A DNA stretch of 30,409 bases from Macrostomum lignano (Eukaryota), in assembly GCA_002269645.1 (NCBI GenBank), contig NIVC01004947.1:1-30409 (forward strand). Reading direction: 5' to 3'. The notes below the pieces were generated by a model. That model saw nothing but the letters and a program-made list of their open reading frames with translations. It was not told where the DNA came from and searched no databases. This document shows positions 1 to 12,814 of this stretch, piece by piece (positions within the stretch are counted from its first letter, which is position 1; every line of letters starts with the position of its first letter). Both the position numbers and the translations under genes were made by a program.

Positions 1-990
<990 letters not shown>

Positions 991-1917
991 CAGTATAAAA
1001 GTGGCACATGACAGGCACCTAATTGCATAAAAATGAAGGAAAGCTTTAAGAACCAGTTCGGTCACATACCATAACTGCGCATATAAATAAGAATTTTAAA
1101 TAATTAATGCCTTGACTTGACATAGCAAAAATGCGTCTTTATGGGCATACCAAGTCTTGATTAATTCGTTTTTTTAGCTCGCAAGTCTTCTGGCAATAAT
1201 CTAAGACGGAAATTGGACTGCAAATGAGCTTTCTGCCAGGGTTTCAGTACTGAACCTGCTGTGTCGTACCTACGAGCGTTAAATGATTTTTTGTTTAAGT
1301 ACACCAATATTCATTTTTCAGCCTCTGCTGCTACCACACGGTCACCTCTATTTCATAACGGATCAATTTATATAATTTTATAATTTTTCTAATAAATTTA
1401 GAAGTGGAATGTACTCGCGGTTTTCTGAGACATAGTTAATTGGTTGAATCTTTGTTGAAAAAAAACAAGAATGTTGTTCTTTTAAAAGCAAATTTCTCAA
1501 TAGTTTATTTGTGATGCAAGTTTTAAGCTGTGCATCAAACTACAAATCCAACACTTAAAGTATCCTATGTTTTAATGAACAATCAGCCTACTAACAAGTA
1601 GCAAATATGAGACATGCAATGGGCTGCCTAGGAAAGACTAAGTTAAACTTGAACTGCCATAGTGCAGAACAATACTCTAATTGAAGTTAGTCCAAGGCCG
1701 AATCTCTCAACAACTATGAAAATTATTTGAAGGCTTAACTTCGCACATTGGATGTGACCACGCATATACTCTGTCAAATTTAAATATTGAAAAATAAGTC
1801 TACCAAAGACTGGAAAAAGCAAAATTCAAGTTAACATACGTTGATAAAGAGAGCCGAGTCCGATCTGTGGCTGTAAATATTACAGAAACTTATGCACTGT
1901 AAGCATGAGATGAAGAG

Positions 1918-2020
1918 CAGAGATCAGAGACACAGTGTGAGACACAAGGCCGAGATCAGAGACACAGGCTGAGACACAAAGCAGAGGTCAGAAACACAGG
2001 CTGAGAGACACGGCAGAGGC
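1918..2020 (-). repeat. About 3 degenerate copies of the 32-bp minisatellite, inverted relative to the 3428-4216 array
   Basis: GCAGAGATCAGAGACACA-G(G/T)(C/G)TGAGACACAA(G/A)GC matches the reverse complement of the unit TGTGTCTCTGATCTCTGCCTTGTGTCTCAGGC. Confidence 0.85.
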
Positions 2021-2329
2021 ACTGCTATATTGCTTTATCTGTTAAAATAAATCAAGCCTAGACAGACTCAAGTCAAATGCGATATCGATGGGTAGCCTAC
2101 TCACTTGACAACTCCCCAACCAGCAGCAACAATACGCCACCACGTTCTACTTTATTGCTCCTAGCCTGCTGACGTCAGTCGATTTGACTGGAACCTAGTT
2201 TGAGTCAATCTTTTAAATAGATAAAGCAGTTTTCTTTTAGTTGAAGCAAATAAAAGCCGTGAATCTCCTGGTCCACCTCAATATTTGCGGACACGCCTCG
2301 GTCTTTAATAGGTAGCATCGATTCCCCAA

Positions 2330-2930
2330 ATCACACCTGCTCTGCAGTGGGTGCAATTGCAGCATTTCGTTGGATGAAATCGAAAAATGCGGCACCTTTC
2401 GCAGCTCCTGACCATCGAACCCACCGACTTACGGGTGCCTCATCGGTTCTCCAACCTCAACCCAGCTTCTTACCCGCCCGCCTGCAGCTGAAGCCGCATC
2501 TCGCCATGCTCAACACGCCTCTCCATCTGCTCCTTCTGTGTCTGACGACCGTCGCTCTCCCGAGTCGCTCCGCCTGACGGCCACAAGTGGCGAAGGTCTG
2601 GAAGCTCTCGTGGCTCAGGTGAGTGGGTCATCCCACAAGATTAGCACTGCCCATGCATGCAAGCACACGCAGCTTTGTCAGCAGCCTCAGCCTCAAAGTT
2701 TTCAGCCCACAGTCGGCCATGGCAGCCCGAGAGACCACCAGTCAGTTCAGTCGCCGAAGTCCACCAGCTTGCTGTGAAGATGTGGCGCGGGATGAAGAGA
2801 GGATTCTGGGATCGGTACAAGTACTGCAGCAGCTTCTACCAGCCGCTCTCGTGCTGGGGACTGCCTCGCTAGCGGCTGAGCCATCCACAGACCTGACAAG
2901 AGGCCTGACACTCCTGACGAGAGGAGTCTG
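2330..2930 (+). pseudogene. Possible decayed retroelement ORF1/gag-like fragment
   Basis: GC-rich island in AT-richer flanks. One frame reads LLCSGCNCSISLDEIEKCGTF, then a Ser/Pro/Ala-rich low-complexity stretch broken by stops. No diagnostic motif is complete. Confidence 0.2.
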
Positions 2931-3427
2931 ACAACTATGACTAGCTCTTGTGTTGTGTACAAAGCTCTTCCTTATCACAGTAGGGCCTAGCGGGGCCGTA
3001 GCCAAGAGGTCAGTGGGGTCCGTGACCCCCATTGGCTGACTAAAGAACATGGAGTCCCCTGACCAGCAGCTCCGGCTCTTCCTTCAAAACTTCCTGTGCC
3101 CCCCTACTGAAACTCCTGACTGCTCCTGCAGCCAGTGCCAATACCCGTACAAGTAGGTCTCAAACGCACCAGAAATCGTCTCTAAGCTCTCAAACGCCCC
3201 CACACCGAGTCTCAATGTCTCAAACTACTCTAAATATTTTATCAAGTGCAATCAGTAGCAAGTCTGCAGGCGTACTGGCTTTTGTATCTTAATAAGCGCT
3301 CGCTTTTGTCCAGAGCAAATATGCAAAAAGTACTTCACTTTAGTTTCTTGGCCCCAAACAAGTGCCTCAAGTACATTATCCACACCCTTATATTAAGGTA
3401 GAGCTTGTGTCCCGTGCTCAGTAGTGG

Positions 3428-4216
3428 CTGTGTCTCTGATCTCTGCTTTGTGTCTCTGATGTCTGAATTGTGTCTCTGATGTCTGAATTGTGTCTCTGAT
3501 CTCTGCCTTGTGTCTCAGGCTGTGTCTCTGATCTCTGCCTTGTGTCTCAGGCTGTGTCTCTGATCTCTGTTTTGTGTCTCAGGCTGTGTCTCTGATCTCT
3601 GCCTTGTGTCTCAGGCTGTGTCTCTGATCTCTGCCTTGTGTCTCAGGCTGTGTCTCTGATCTCTGCCTTGTGTCTCAGGCTGTGTCTCTGATCTCTGTTT
3701 TGTGTCTCAGGCTGTGTCTCTGATCTCTGCCTTGTGTCTCAGGCTGTGTCTCTGATCTCTGCCTTGTGTCTCAGGCTGTGTCTCTGATCTCTGCCTTGTG
3801 TCTCAGGCTGTGTCTCTGATCTCTGCCTTGTGTCTCAGGCTGTGTCTCTGATCTCTGTTTTGTGTCTCAGGCTGTGTCTCTGATCTCTGCCTTGTGTCTC
3901 AGGCTGTGTCTCTGATCTCTGCCTTGTGTCTCAGGCTGTGTCTCTGATCTCTGCCTTGTGTCTCAGGCTGTGTCTCTGATCTCTGCCTTGTGTCTCAGCC
4001 TGTGTCTCTGATCTCTGCCTTGTGTCTCAGGCTGTGTCTCTGATCTCTGCCTTGTGTCTCAGGCTGTGTCTCTGATCTCTGCCTTGTGTCTCAGGCTGTG
4101 TCTCTGATCTCTGCCTTGTGTCTCAGGCTGTGTCTCTGATCTCTGCCTTGTGTCTCAGCCTGTGTCTCTGATCTCTGCCTTGTGTCTCAGGCTGTGTCTC
4201 TGATCTCTGCCTTGTG
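3428..4216 (+). repeat. 32-bp minisatellite (TGTGTCTCTGATCTCTGCCTTGTGTCTCAGGC), about 23 regular copies plus degenerate leading units
   Basis: Direct reading shows the period. The unit consists of 20-bp and 12-bp sub-repeats that both begin TGTGTCTC. Confidence 0.97.
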
Positions 4217-4561
4217 TCTCTCTCTCCACGCCTCTCTTTCGCCCTCTCTTCATCTACCTCACCAACTCCCCCCTGTAAGCGCCTGCTGCCTAGTGCGTGG
4301 TGGCGCGCATGGCAATGATTTTACTCCTGGTATTGCTTATGCAATGTACATCCAGTGTGCTTTCTTGCCGAATAATTTGTCCCTGGGTGGCTGGAGTCCT
4401 GCGAAATTTTTGCCTTTTCCAACTTCAAGTAGTCTAAAGACCCCCATCCATCGCAATGCATTGTACAAAAAGGCCTGAAAATCAGTATAATATATAAGGA
4501 GAAGTGAGCCTCAAAATAAAATTTCATAATTTCGTAGTAGGACGTGCACTGAGTGCCTCAC

Positions 4562-4710
4562 TCTTAAGCCCCTTTCCTCTGATCAGGCGGCAGATCGGCC
4601 GCAGCAGAGGGCCAGCTGTCTCAACTGTCTCTGCGCTGCGTAGCCGCGAGGACGAGGGGAGGTCGCCGCTCCTTGAGGCCTGCAGCTGGATGCCAGGGGA
4701 AGAGATGAAG
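4562..4710 (-). other. Candidate isolated internal exon (149 nt)
   Basis: Minus strand reads CTCCCTAACCACTCTTTCAG| (branch-like CTAAC, pyrimidine tract, AG) and ends AAGA|GTGAGG. One frame is open throughout (FISSPGIQLQASRSGDLPSSSRLRSAETVETAGPLLRPICRLIRGKGLK). Confidence 0.25.
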
Positions 4711-4888
4711 CTGAAAGAGTGGTTAGGGAGAGAACTGTTGAATTTGTTGAAATTCAGCCATAAAAAATATAAAATTTGACTTTACGAGCCGAACAGTCTT
4801 CCTTACACTCTATCTCATATTTGCTTAGCACTCCCCCTACTGGGGGACGAAACTATCATGTCACCCCGTTCGATCACACTTCACAATG

Positions 4889-5275
4889 TTCCATCACCCT
4901 CTCCGATGTTCCATACCCTCTCCGATGTTCCATACCCTCTCCGATGTTCCAGCACCCTCTCCGATGTTCCATCACCCTCTCCGATGTTTCATCACCCTCT
5001 CCGATGTTCCATCACCCTCTCCGATGTTTCATCACCCTCTCCGATGTTCCAGCACCCTCTCCGATGTTGCATCACCCTCTCCGATGTTCCAGCACCCTCT
5101 CCGATGTTCCAGCACCCTCTCCGATGTTTCATCACCCCTCTCCGATGTCCCAGCACCCTCTCCGATGTTCCATCACCCTCTCCGATGTCCCAGCACCCTC
5201 TCCGATGTCCCAGCACCCTCTCCGATGTTTCATCACCCTCTCCGATGTTTCATCACCCTCTCCGATGTTCCATCA
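4889..5275. repeat. 20-bp minisatellite (A(T/G)CACCCTCTCCGATGTT(C/T)C), about 19 copies
   Basis: Period is visible directly. A few units carry 1-nt indels. The ORFs 4776-5348, 4858-5310 and 4886-5317 are repeat artefacts. Confidence 0.96.
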
Positions 5276-5866
5276 CTCTCATCCTCATTCTTTCTCATTC
5301 CTCTTCATAAACTTTGAGAACCTTTTTGGCCAAGCGAAATTTTTGTAATAAACAAGGCAAAATGTTTTATTCGAGCCTGGAAATTCTCCCGCCCTTCCTG
5401 CATCCGGTTCTATCCAAGGAACCCTAACCGAAGCTCGGGATGGACCGCCTACTTTACAAATTGATATTTTAGAACTAAACTGGTATTTCTGATCACCGCA
5501 GCGAATTTATGTAAATACAAATACATCGCCACACTCTGGAATACGTTGGTATCAGTACTCTTGGGACTCGAGCAGTGCAAAATCCCAACGGATCCTATCC
5601 TGAACACCAGCGCAAATACCAGTCAAACTTGTTATTGCTTCTGACTTTGCTGTCTACTAAGCCTAAGGTGGGTGGAGATTAAAAAGAATAATTCTCTACA
5701 GTGAAATTGCGTGCGAGATCGACTTCTACTCTATAGCAGACTCCAACTCCTCAATGGCAATTTCCGATCTCATTTCAAACAGCCTCTCTCCGTGAGCAGA
5801 ACTCCTTTGCAGCCGCGTCTCCCTACCCGAGAGGCTTTAATCCGAGGCTCCTTTCCTGCCTGCAGC

Positions 5867-7469
<1,603 letters not shown>

Positions 7470-8030
7470 AGTCAGTAAGCAGACTGGCCCGGCAATCTAC
7501 ACTCCTCTATGCCGCGAAATCATTCGGCATGCTTTGTGAAGCCGCTTCTCTGGCCGCGTTATAAAATAGAGGATGGGAGAAAAAGGAAATTGGGGAGAGT
7601 CTGGGAGAGAGACAGGAAGGGATCCGATGAGGAACAGGCTGGCATTGCTCGCGAAGGAGCGGACTCGTGGGAGCAGAGGAGATTGGGCCGCCTGGCTGGC
7701 TGGCTGTTCGCCCCTCTGCCAATCCACAGCTTTTTCATTAAAACCGATCGCCCATTCAAACTGGGTGTACGCGTTCGGTGCTTCTGTCCCTCTGCACCTG
7801 GGTATAGGCCTTCTCAATCTGGGACACGACAGTTCTCAGACTGCTCATCACTAATGCACTCTCTTCCTGTACTATATTATACACCTATTCCTGACAAACA
7901 GACAGATGGAGAATGACTTGGAATGGCTGTTTTCATGATCGATTATTGAATAGCAATCGGTGCTTGAATGGAACAACTAAGGCGTATGTCGAGACTTATA
8001 AAGTTGGGCTTATTTTCCACAAATTTTCAG

Positions 8031-8195
8031 TGCAAGGCGACAGTTCTCATTACAAAGCAGAGGCAGAAAGACAAGTCAAGTACCTGGTACTTGTGGATCT
8101 CGTGGAAGAAAACCCATTTGTGAAAACTGAAGTCACTGTAACAAGCTCCGCGAACGACTGCCGAACAAGTCTGTCGTCATCGCCCAGATGCAAAC
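8031..8195 (+). other. Candidate internal exon (165 nt, phase 1 to 1)
   Basis: AATTTTCAG| acceptor and C|GTAAG donor. A single open frame reads QGDSSHYKAEAERQVKYLVLVDLVEENPFVKTEVTVTSSANDCRTSLSSSPRCK. The parent gene is unresolved. Confidence 0.3.
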
Positions 8196-8760
8196 GTAAG
8201 AACATAATTGCAATATAGTTTGCAAAAATCAACACAACTTTAAAGTGAGAAGTCAGTTCTGTGGCTACACCTTTTATTCCCATGACTTGAAAATACAGCA
8301 AAGTTTTGCTGAGGTTGGAAGTCCTAAGGCTGTGCTATATTAGTGTTATACTAGAAATTTGCATACCATACAAGCTCTAGCTATGCTCAACTCTGAACTA
8401 CACTTACTGAATTGCACAGCAGAGAGCCATCGTTTAAATCATTAATCATTCCTTGTTTTTGCATTCGATGCCGCATTATGACAACAGCGTTGAATCGGTT
8501 TTCATCTGACGGAGGGAACTATGACGGATTGCGACGGTGGGCAAGGCTTCTAAGTGATTTGCCAATATATATCAGCCTCTGTCAGCGAGGCTTTGGATTG
8601 GGAAGATTCCGATGATTTGTTGCTTAATTCTGGAGAATAAGGGCGAGTTCTGACGAGTCGACGACGTAAAAAGCAAGCTAATGGGTGTTTTTTAAGGCAA
8701 CTATTAGCCATTTTGTTTAGTGGGGATCTATGCCTATAGAACGCAGCGCAGTGCTGGGGT

Positions 8761-10296
8761 ACCAAGGGGCTTTAGCACCAAGGGGCTTTAGCACCAAGGG
8801 GCTTTAGCACCAAGGGGCTTTAGCACCAAGGGGCTTTAGCACCAAGGGGCTTTAGCACCAAGGGGCGCCAGCACCAAGGGGCGCCAGCACCAAGGGGCTT
8901 TAGCACCAAGGGGCGCCAGCACCAAGGGGCTTTAGCACCAAGGGGCTTTAGCACCAAGGGGCTTTAGCACCAAGGGGCGCCAGCACCAAGGGGCGCCAGC
9001 ACCAAGGGGCGCCAGCACCAAGGGGCTTTAGCACCAAGGGGCTTTAGCACCAAGGGGCTTTAGCACCAAGGGGCTTTAGCACCAAGGGGCTTTAGCACCA
9101 AGGGGCTTTAGCACCAAGGGGCTTTAGCACCAAGGGGCTTTAGCACCAAGGGGCGCCAGCACCAAGGGGCGCCAGCACCAAGGGGCTTTAGCACCAAGGG
9201 GCTTTAGCACCAAGGGGCTTTAGCACCAAGGGGCTTTAGCACCAAGGGGCTTTAGCACCAAGGGGCTTTAGCACCAAGGGGCTTTAGCACCAAGGGGCTT
9301 TAGCACCAAGGGGCTTTAGCACCAAGGGGCTTTAGCACCAAGGGGCTTTAGCACCAAGGGGCTTTAGCACCAAGGGGCTTTAGCACCAAGGGGCTTTAGC
9401 ACCAAGGGGCGCCAGCACCAAGGGGCGCCAGCACCAAGGGGCTTTAGCACCAAGGGGCTTTAGCACCAAGGGGCTTTAGCACCAAGGGGCTTTAGCACCA
9501 AGGGGCTTTAGCACCAAGGGGCTTTAGCACCAAGGGGCTTTAGCACCAAGGGGCTTTAGCACCAAGGGGCTTTAGCACCAAGGGGCTTTAGCACCAAGGG
9601 GCTTTAGCACCAAGGGGCGCCAGCACCAAGGGGCTTTAGCACCAAGGGGCTTTAGCACCAAGGGGCTTTAGCACCAAGGGGCTTTAGCACCAAGGGGCTT
9701 TAGCACCAAGGGGCTTTAGCACCAAGGGGCTTTAGCACCAAGGGGCTTTAGCACCAAGGGGCTTTAGCACCAAGGGGCTTTAGCACCAAGGGGCTTTAGC
9801 ACCAAGGGGCTTTAGCACCAAGGGGCTTTAGCACCAAGGGGCTTTAGCACCAAGGGGCTTTAGCACCAAGGGGCTTTAGCACCAAGGGGCTTTAGCACCA
9901 AGGGGCGCCAGCACCAAGGGGCGCCAGCACCAAGGGGCGCCAGCACCAAGGGGCTTTAGCACCAAGGGGCTTTAGCACCAAGGGGCTTTAGCACCAAGGG
10001 GCTTTAGCACCAAGGGGCTTTAGCACCAAGGGGCTTTAGCACCAAGGGGCTTTAGCACCAAGGGGCTTTAGCACCAAGGGGCTTTAGCACCAAGGGGCTT
10101 TAGCACCAAGGGGCTTTAGCACCAAGGGGCGCCAGCACCAAGGGGCTTTAGCACCAAGGGGCTTTAGCACCAAGGGGCTTTAGCACCAAGGGGCTTTAGC
10201 ACCAAGGGGCTTTAGCACCAAGGGGCTTTAGCACCAAGGGGCGCCAGCACCAAGGGGCGCCAGCACCAAGGGGCGCCAGAACCAAGGGGCTTTAGC
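8761..10296. repeat. 16-bp minisatellite, 96 units of two variants (ACCAAGGGGCTTTAGC and ACCAAGGGGCGCCAGC)
   Basis: Strict 16-bp phase across 1536 bp. By hand, 18 units are the GCC variant and the rest are the TTT variant. Confidence 0.98.
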
Positions 10297-10299
10297 CAG

Positions 10300-10950
10300 C
10301 ACCGAGGTAAGAAACCTTCGTCTGCTTGACGTGGATGTCCTTATCCAGAAGCAGTTCGCATTTAGAAAGCGGAACCTCCGGCCGCACGGCGACCTCAGCC
10401 TGCGAGACCTGGAAGCAGCGGAAGGCCAGCTGACTCTCTCGAACAGAATCCCTTTGCCCTCCACTAAAATCCAAAAACATTATTCCCCTACGTCATGAAT
10501 AAGAGGCAATTGGAACCCCTGTGAAATCCACTTCTTCAATGACGGATCCCAAATCAACTCCGACTCTGGCTACGGCTACTGCTTCGTACCTGGAGGGAGA
10601 CCGTGGCGACCTTCTCTCAGCACACTGGTACCTGCTTTACCGTCCTTCAGAAGGGAGAGATCTATATGAAGGAGATCACCCTCCTCTTGGACAGTCAAGC
10701 AGCGATCCACGTGTACAGTCCTCGACTGCATCGCGCAGCTTAACCGCTTCTAAAGGCGCCTCCAACAAGGTGTCCCTGATTGGATCTCCGGGCACTCTGG
10801 CCACCCCGGCAATGTGTCGACGATCGCCTGACCAAGGCTGGCTCAACCTTGCCTTTTACTGGTCCCCGTGGCCCGAGAGTTTCTGCCAGCTCGTCCGCAA
10901 CTTAAGAGCTGCCGGGCGAGCAACCATCCACCTCCTGGACTCTCCAGAAT
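10300..10950 (+). mobile_element. Decayed non-LTR retrotransposon fragment (tether + RNase H)
   Basis: Frameshifted translation gives IHFFNDGSQ (about 10528), EITLLLDSQAAI (about 10672) and WISGHSGHPGN (about 10780). These match the RNase H motifs TDGS, DSQAAI and [11 protein letters not shown] of the better-preserved element at 28405-29592. Confidence 0.8.
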
Positions 10951-11446
10951 AGGTATTTTACTGTTGGTTTGTCTAATAATAATATGGTTATTTTCTCTGA
11001 CACGAAAATACGTTAAACTAATTGATAAGAATATTTTTGCGTGGAATTCCCTACAGCGTGCAGTTGTTTAGCTGCAGTTTTCTAAAAATAGAAATTACAC
11101 ACCCGCGGCCTCACCTCGCTTCGCGAAATTGTTCACTTTAAATGTACTGTACTGTGCACTATGCTAAATGCAATGCAATGCGTTAGTGTTTATTTTAAGC
11201 CATGACCAGTACAATTACGTCCTTGTTAGTTTGTCAGAACTGCGGATTACCTAATTACTATTATTGTTGATGACTTCTTAGCGCAGAAAACAAGGCACTT
11301 TACCCTCTTGCAGTATAAAAATGGTACTATAGGTAGATTGTAAGTCTATAAACATCAAAACCTGTAAAAAACGTTGCCTGCAATATACGAGCGTACAATC
11401 TATAGGTTTAGTCTTATACTAATCATGAATTGCCTGCCGATTGCAG

Positions 11447-12042
11447 AGTTGGTGATGCATTACACACTAATCTGTGTGAGCACAGTCTGCTTGTGCATAG
11501 AAATCCAGCTCAATGAGATATTCGATGGACTCAACTCTGAGTACAGCAGATACCTCGGCTACATCTGCCCCGTTGTGGGGACGCTACTGAGCTTACTCAG
11601 GCTAACTGTCATCATCTTCAAGAATTGTTGCAAAAGAAAGAACAAGAAAAAATCTGGAAGCGCAGAGAGAAGCTGCGGCTGCAGCTGGTGCTCGTTGATG
11701 CAGCTTCTGGCTTGGCTCGCCTGCGCCGCTGGCTTCTTGGCCATGACCGTGCTCATCACCATCGGCCTGCCGCACATTCAAGGCGTCGTCTCGTCGGCGT
11801 CATCAGCGACGATGTCAGACTGTCCAGGAATCAACTTGGCCATTCGACTGTGGCGATTTCAAGCGGCAGTGGCCGGAGTGGCGGCTGGCGAGTGTCTGGC
11901 TCTCTTCGGCCTGAGAATTGCAGGGCTGGTGACGGCCCCGAGACTGCAAGGAAGGAGGATGGCGTCATTTTCCAAGAAACATGGTCGTTTAGACCGGGAG
12001 CGGCAAAAAAGCAAATCCCTGTGTAAAATTTGTTTGTTACAG
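11447..12042 (+). CDS. Exon encoding a small, Cys-rich, four-transmembrane-like protein (orphan)
   Basis: A 230-codon ORF in non-repetitive sequence, with acceptor TTGCAG| at 11446, a possible ATG at 11455 and donor CAG|GTAATG at 12043. It has four hydrophobic segments (LVMHYTLICVSTVCLCI, YLGYICPVVGTLLSLLRLTVIIF, LMQLLAWLACAAGFLAMTVLITIGL, FQAAVAGVAAGECLALFGLRIAGLV), with a basic KRKNKKK loop after the second. Confidence 0.65.
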
Positions 12043-12814
12043 GTAATGTTTGCAGTGATGTTATAAGTAGTTCTTACCGAATCTTGTAAAATACAGACGT
12101 TTAATCCATACTTATTTGTTTGACTAAGTGCCTGTGACTTTTGCTGGCCAAAAGTTACAAACGAGGATTTTAATGGCTCAGTAAAATTTTTATAGCTTTA
12201 GTAAATTAGTTCTATTCTTATGTCATTTAACTTTTCTACAGACTTATACATTATAACTAATGATATGCTATATTTTAATCGTTACGAGTTACAAAGATAA
12301 TAATACAAATTGTACATAAATTTAGAAACTATAGTTATAATTATCATGTTGAATTATTAGGGTACTAAACTATTAGCGCCAGACTATAAAATGTAAATTA
12401 TTATGTAATAAAACAACTGGCATACAGTATAATTGATAACACTTGTAGTTGAGAAATAATACTAATTTTCAATACACTAAAAATGGGAAGTCAGGATTTT
12501 AGAATTGTTGGTGCTCAAAACTGACGGGTCATAATAGGAATCTGCTGTCTGACTTTAGACATCTCTCTTAGTTCGTAAAGTGTACACGAGTACTTTATAA
12601 TCGCTTCGATAGCCAGTCAATTGACGTTCTAAAGTTTATCTGAAAAAAACAGTAAAAATTTTGTCTATGGCACAGAGAAGGCGATCTTTTCTGCGTTGAT
12701 GTCAAATTTGAAGTCAAAAGAAGAGAGATCCCGGCCCAACTTCTTTGTTAAAGCTGCTTTAAAAGAAATTAAAGGTTGCTCTAGACGACTTTGATTATAA
12801 TAAAGACAGGAAAG

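Noticed and set aside
3428-4216. 32-bp repeat as CRISPR direct repeats (the length is similar)
   Set aside because: Head-to-tail tandem copies without spacers.
4776-5348. Overlapping 140-190-aa ORFs
   Set aside because: All three frames are open only because of the 20-bp minisatellite.
8761-10296. 16-bp array as a CRISPR array
   Set aside because: The units are contiguous with no unique spacers, there are no cas genes, and the context is eukaryotic.
12790-12814. AG acceptor just upstream of ATG 12815 as a trans-splice site indicating an operon
   Set aside because: It cannot be distinguished from an ordinary 5' UTR intron or chance without spliced-leader read data.
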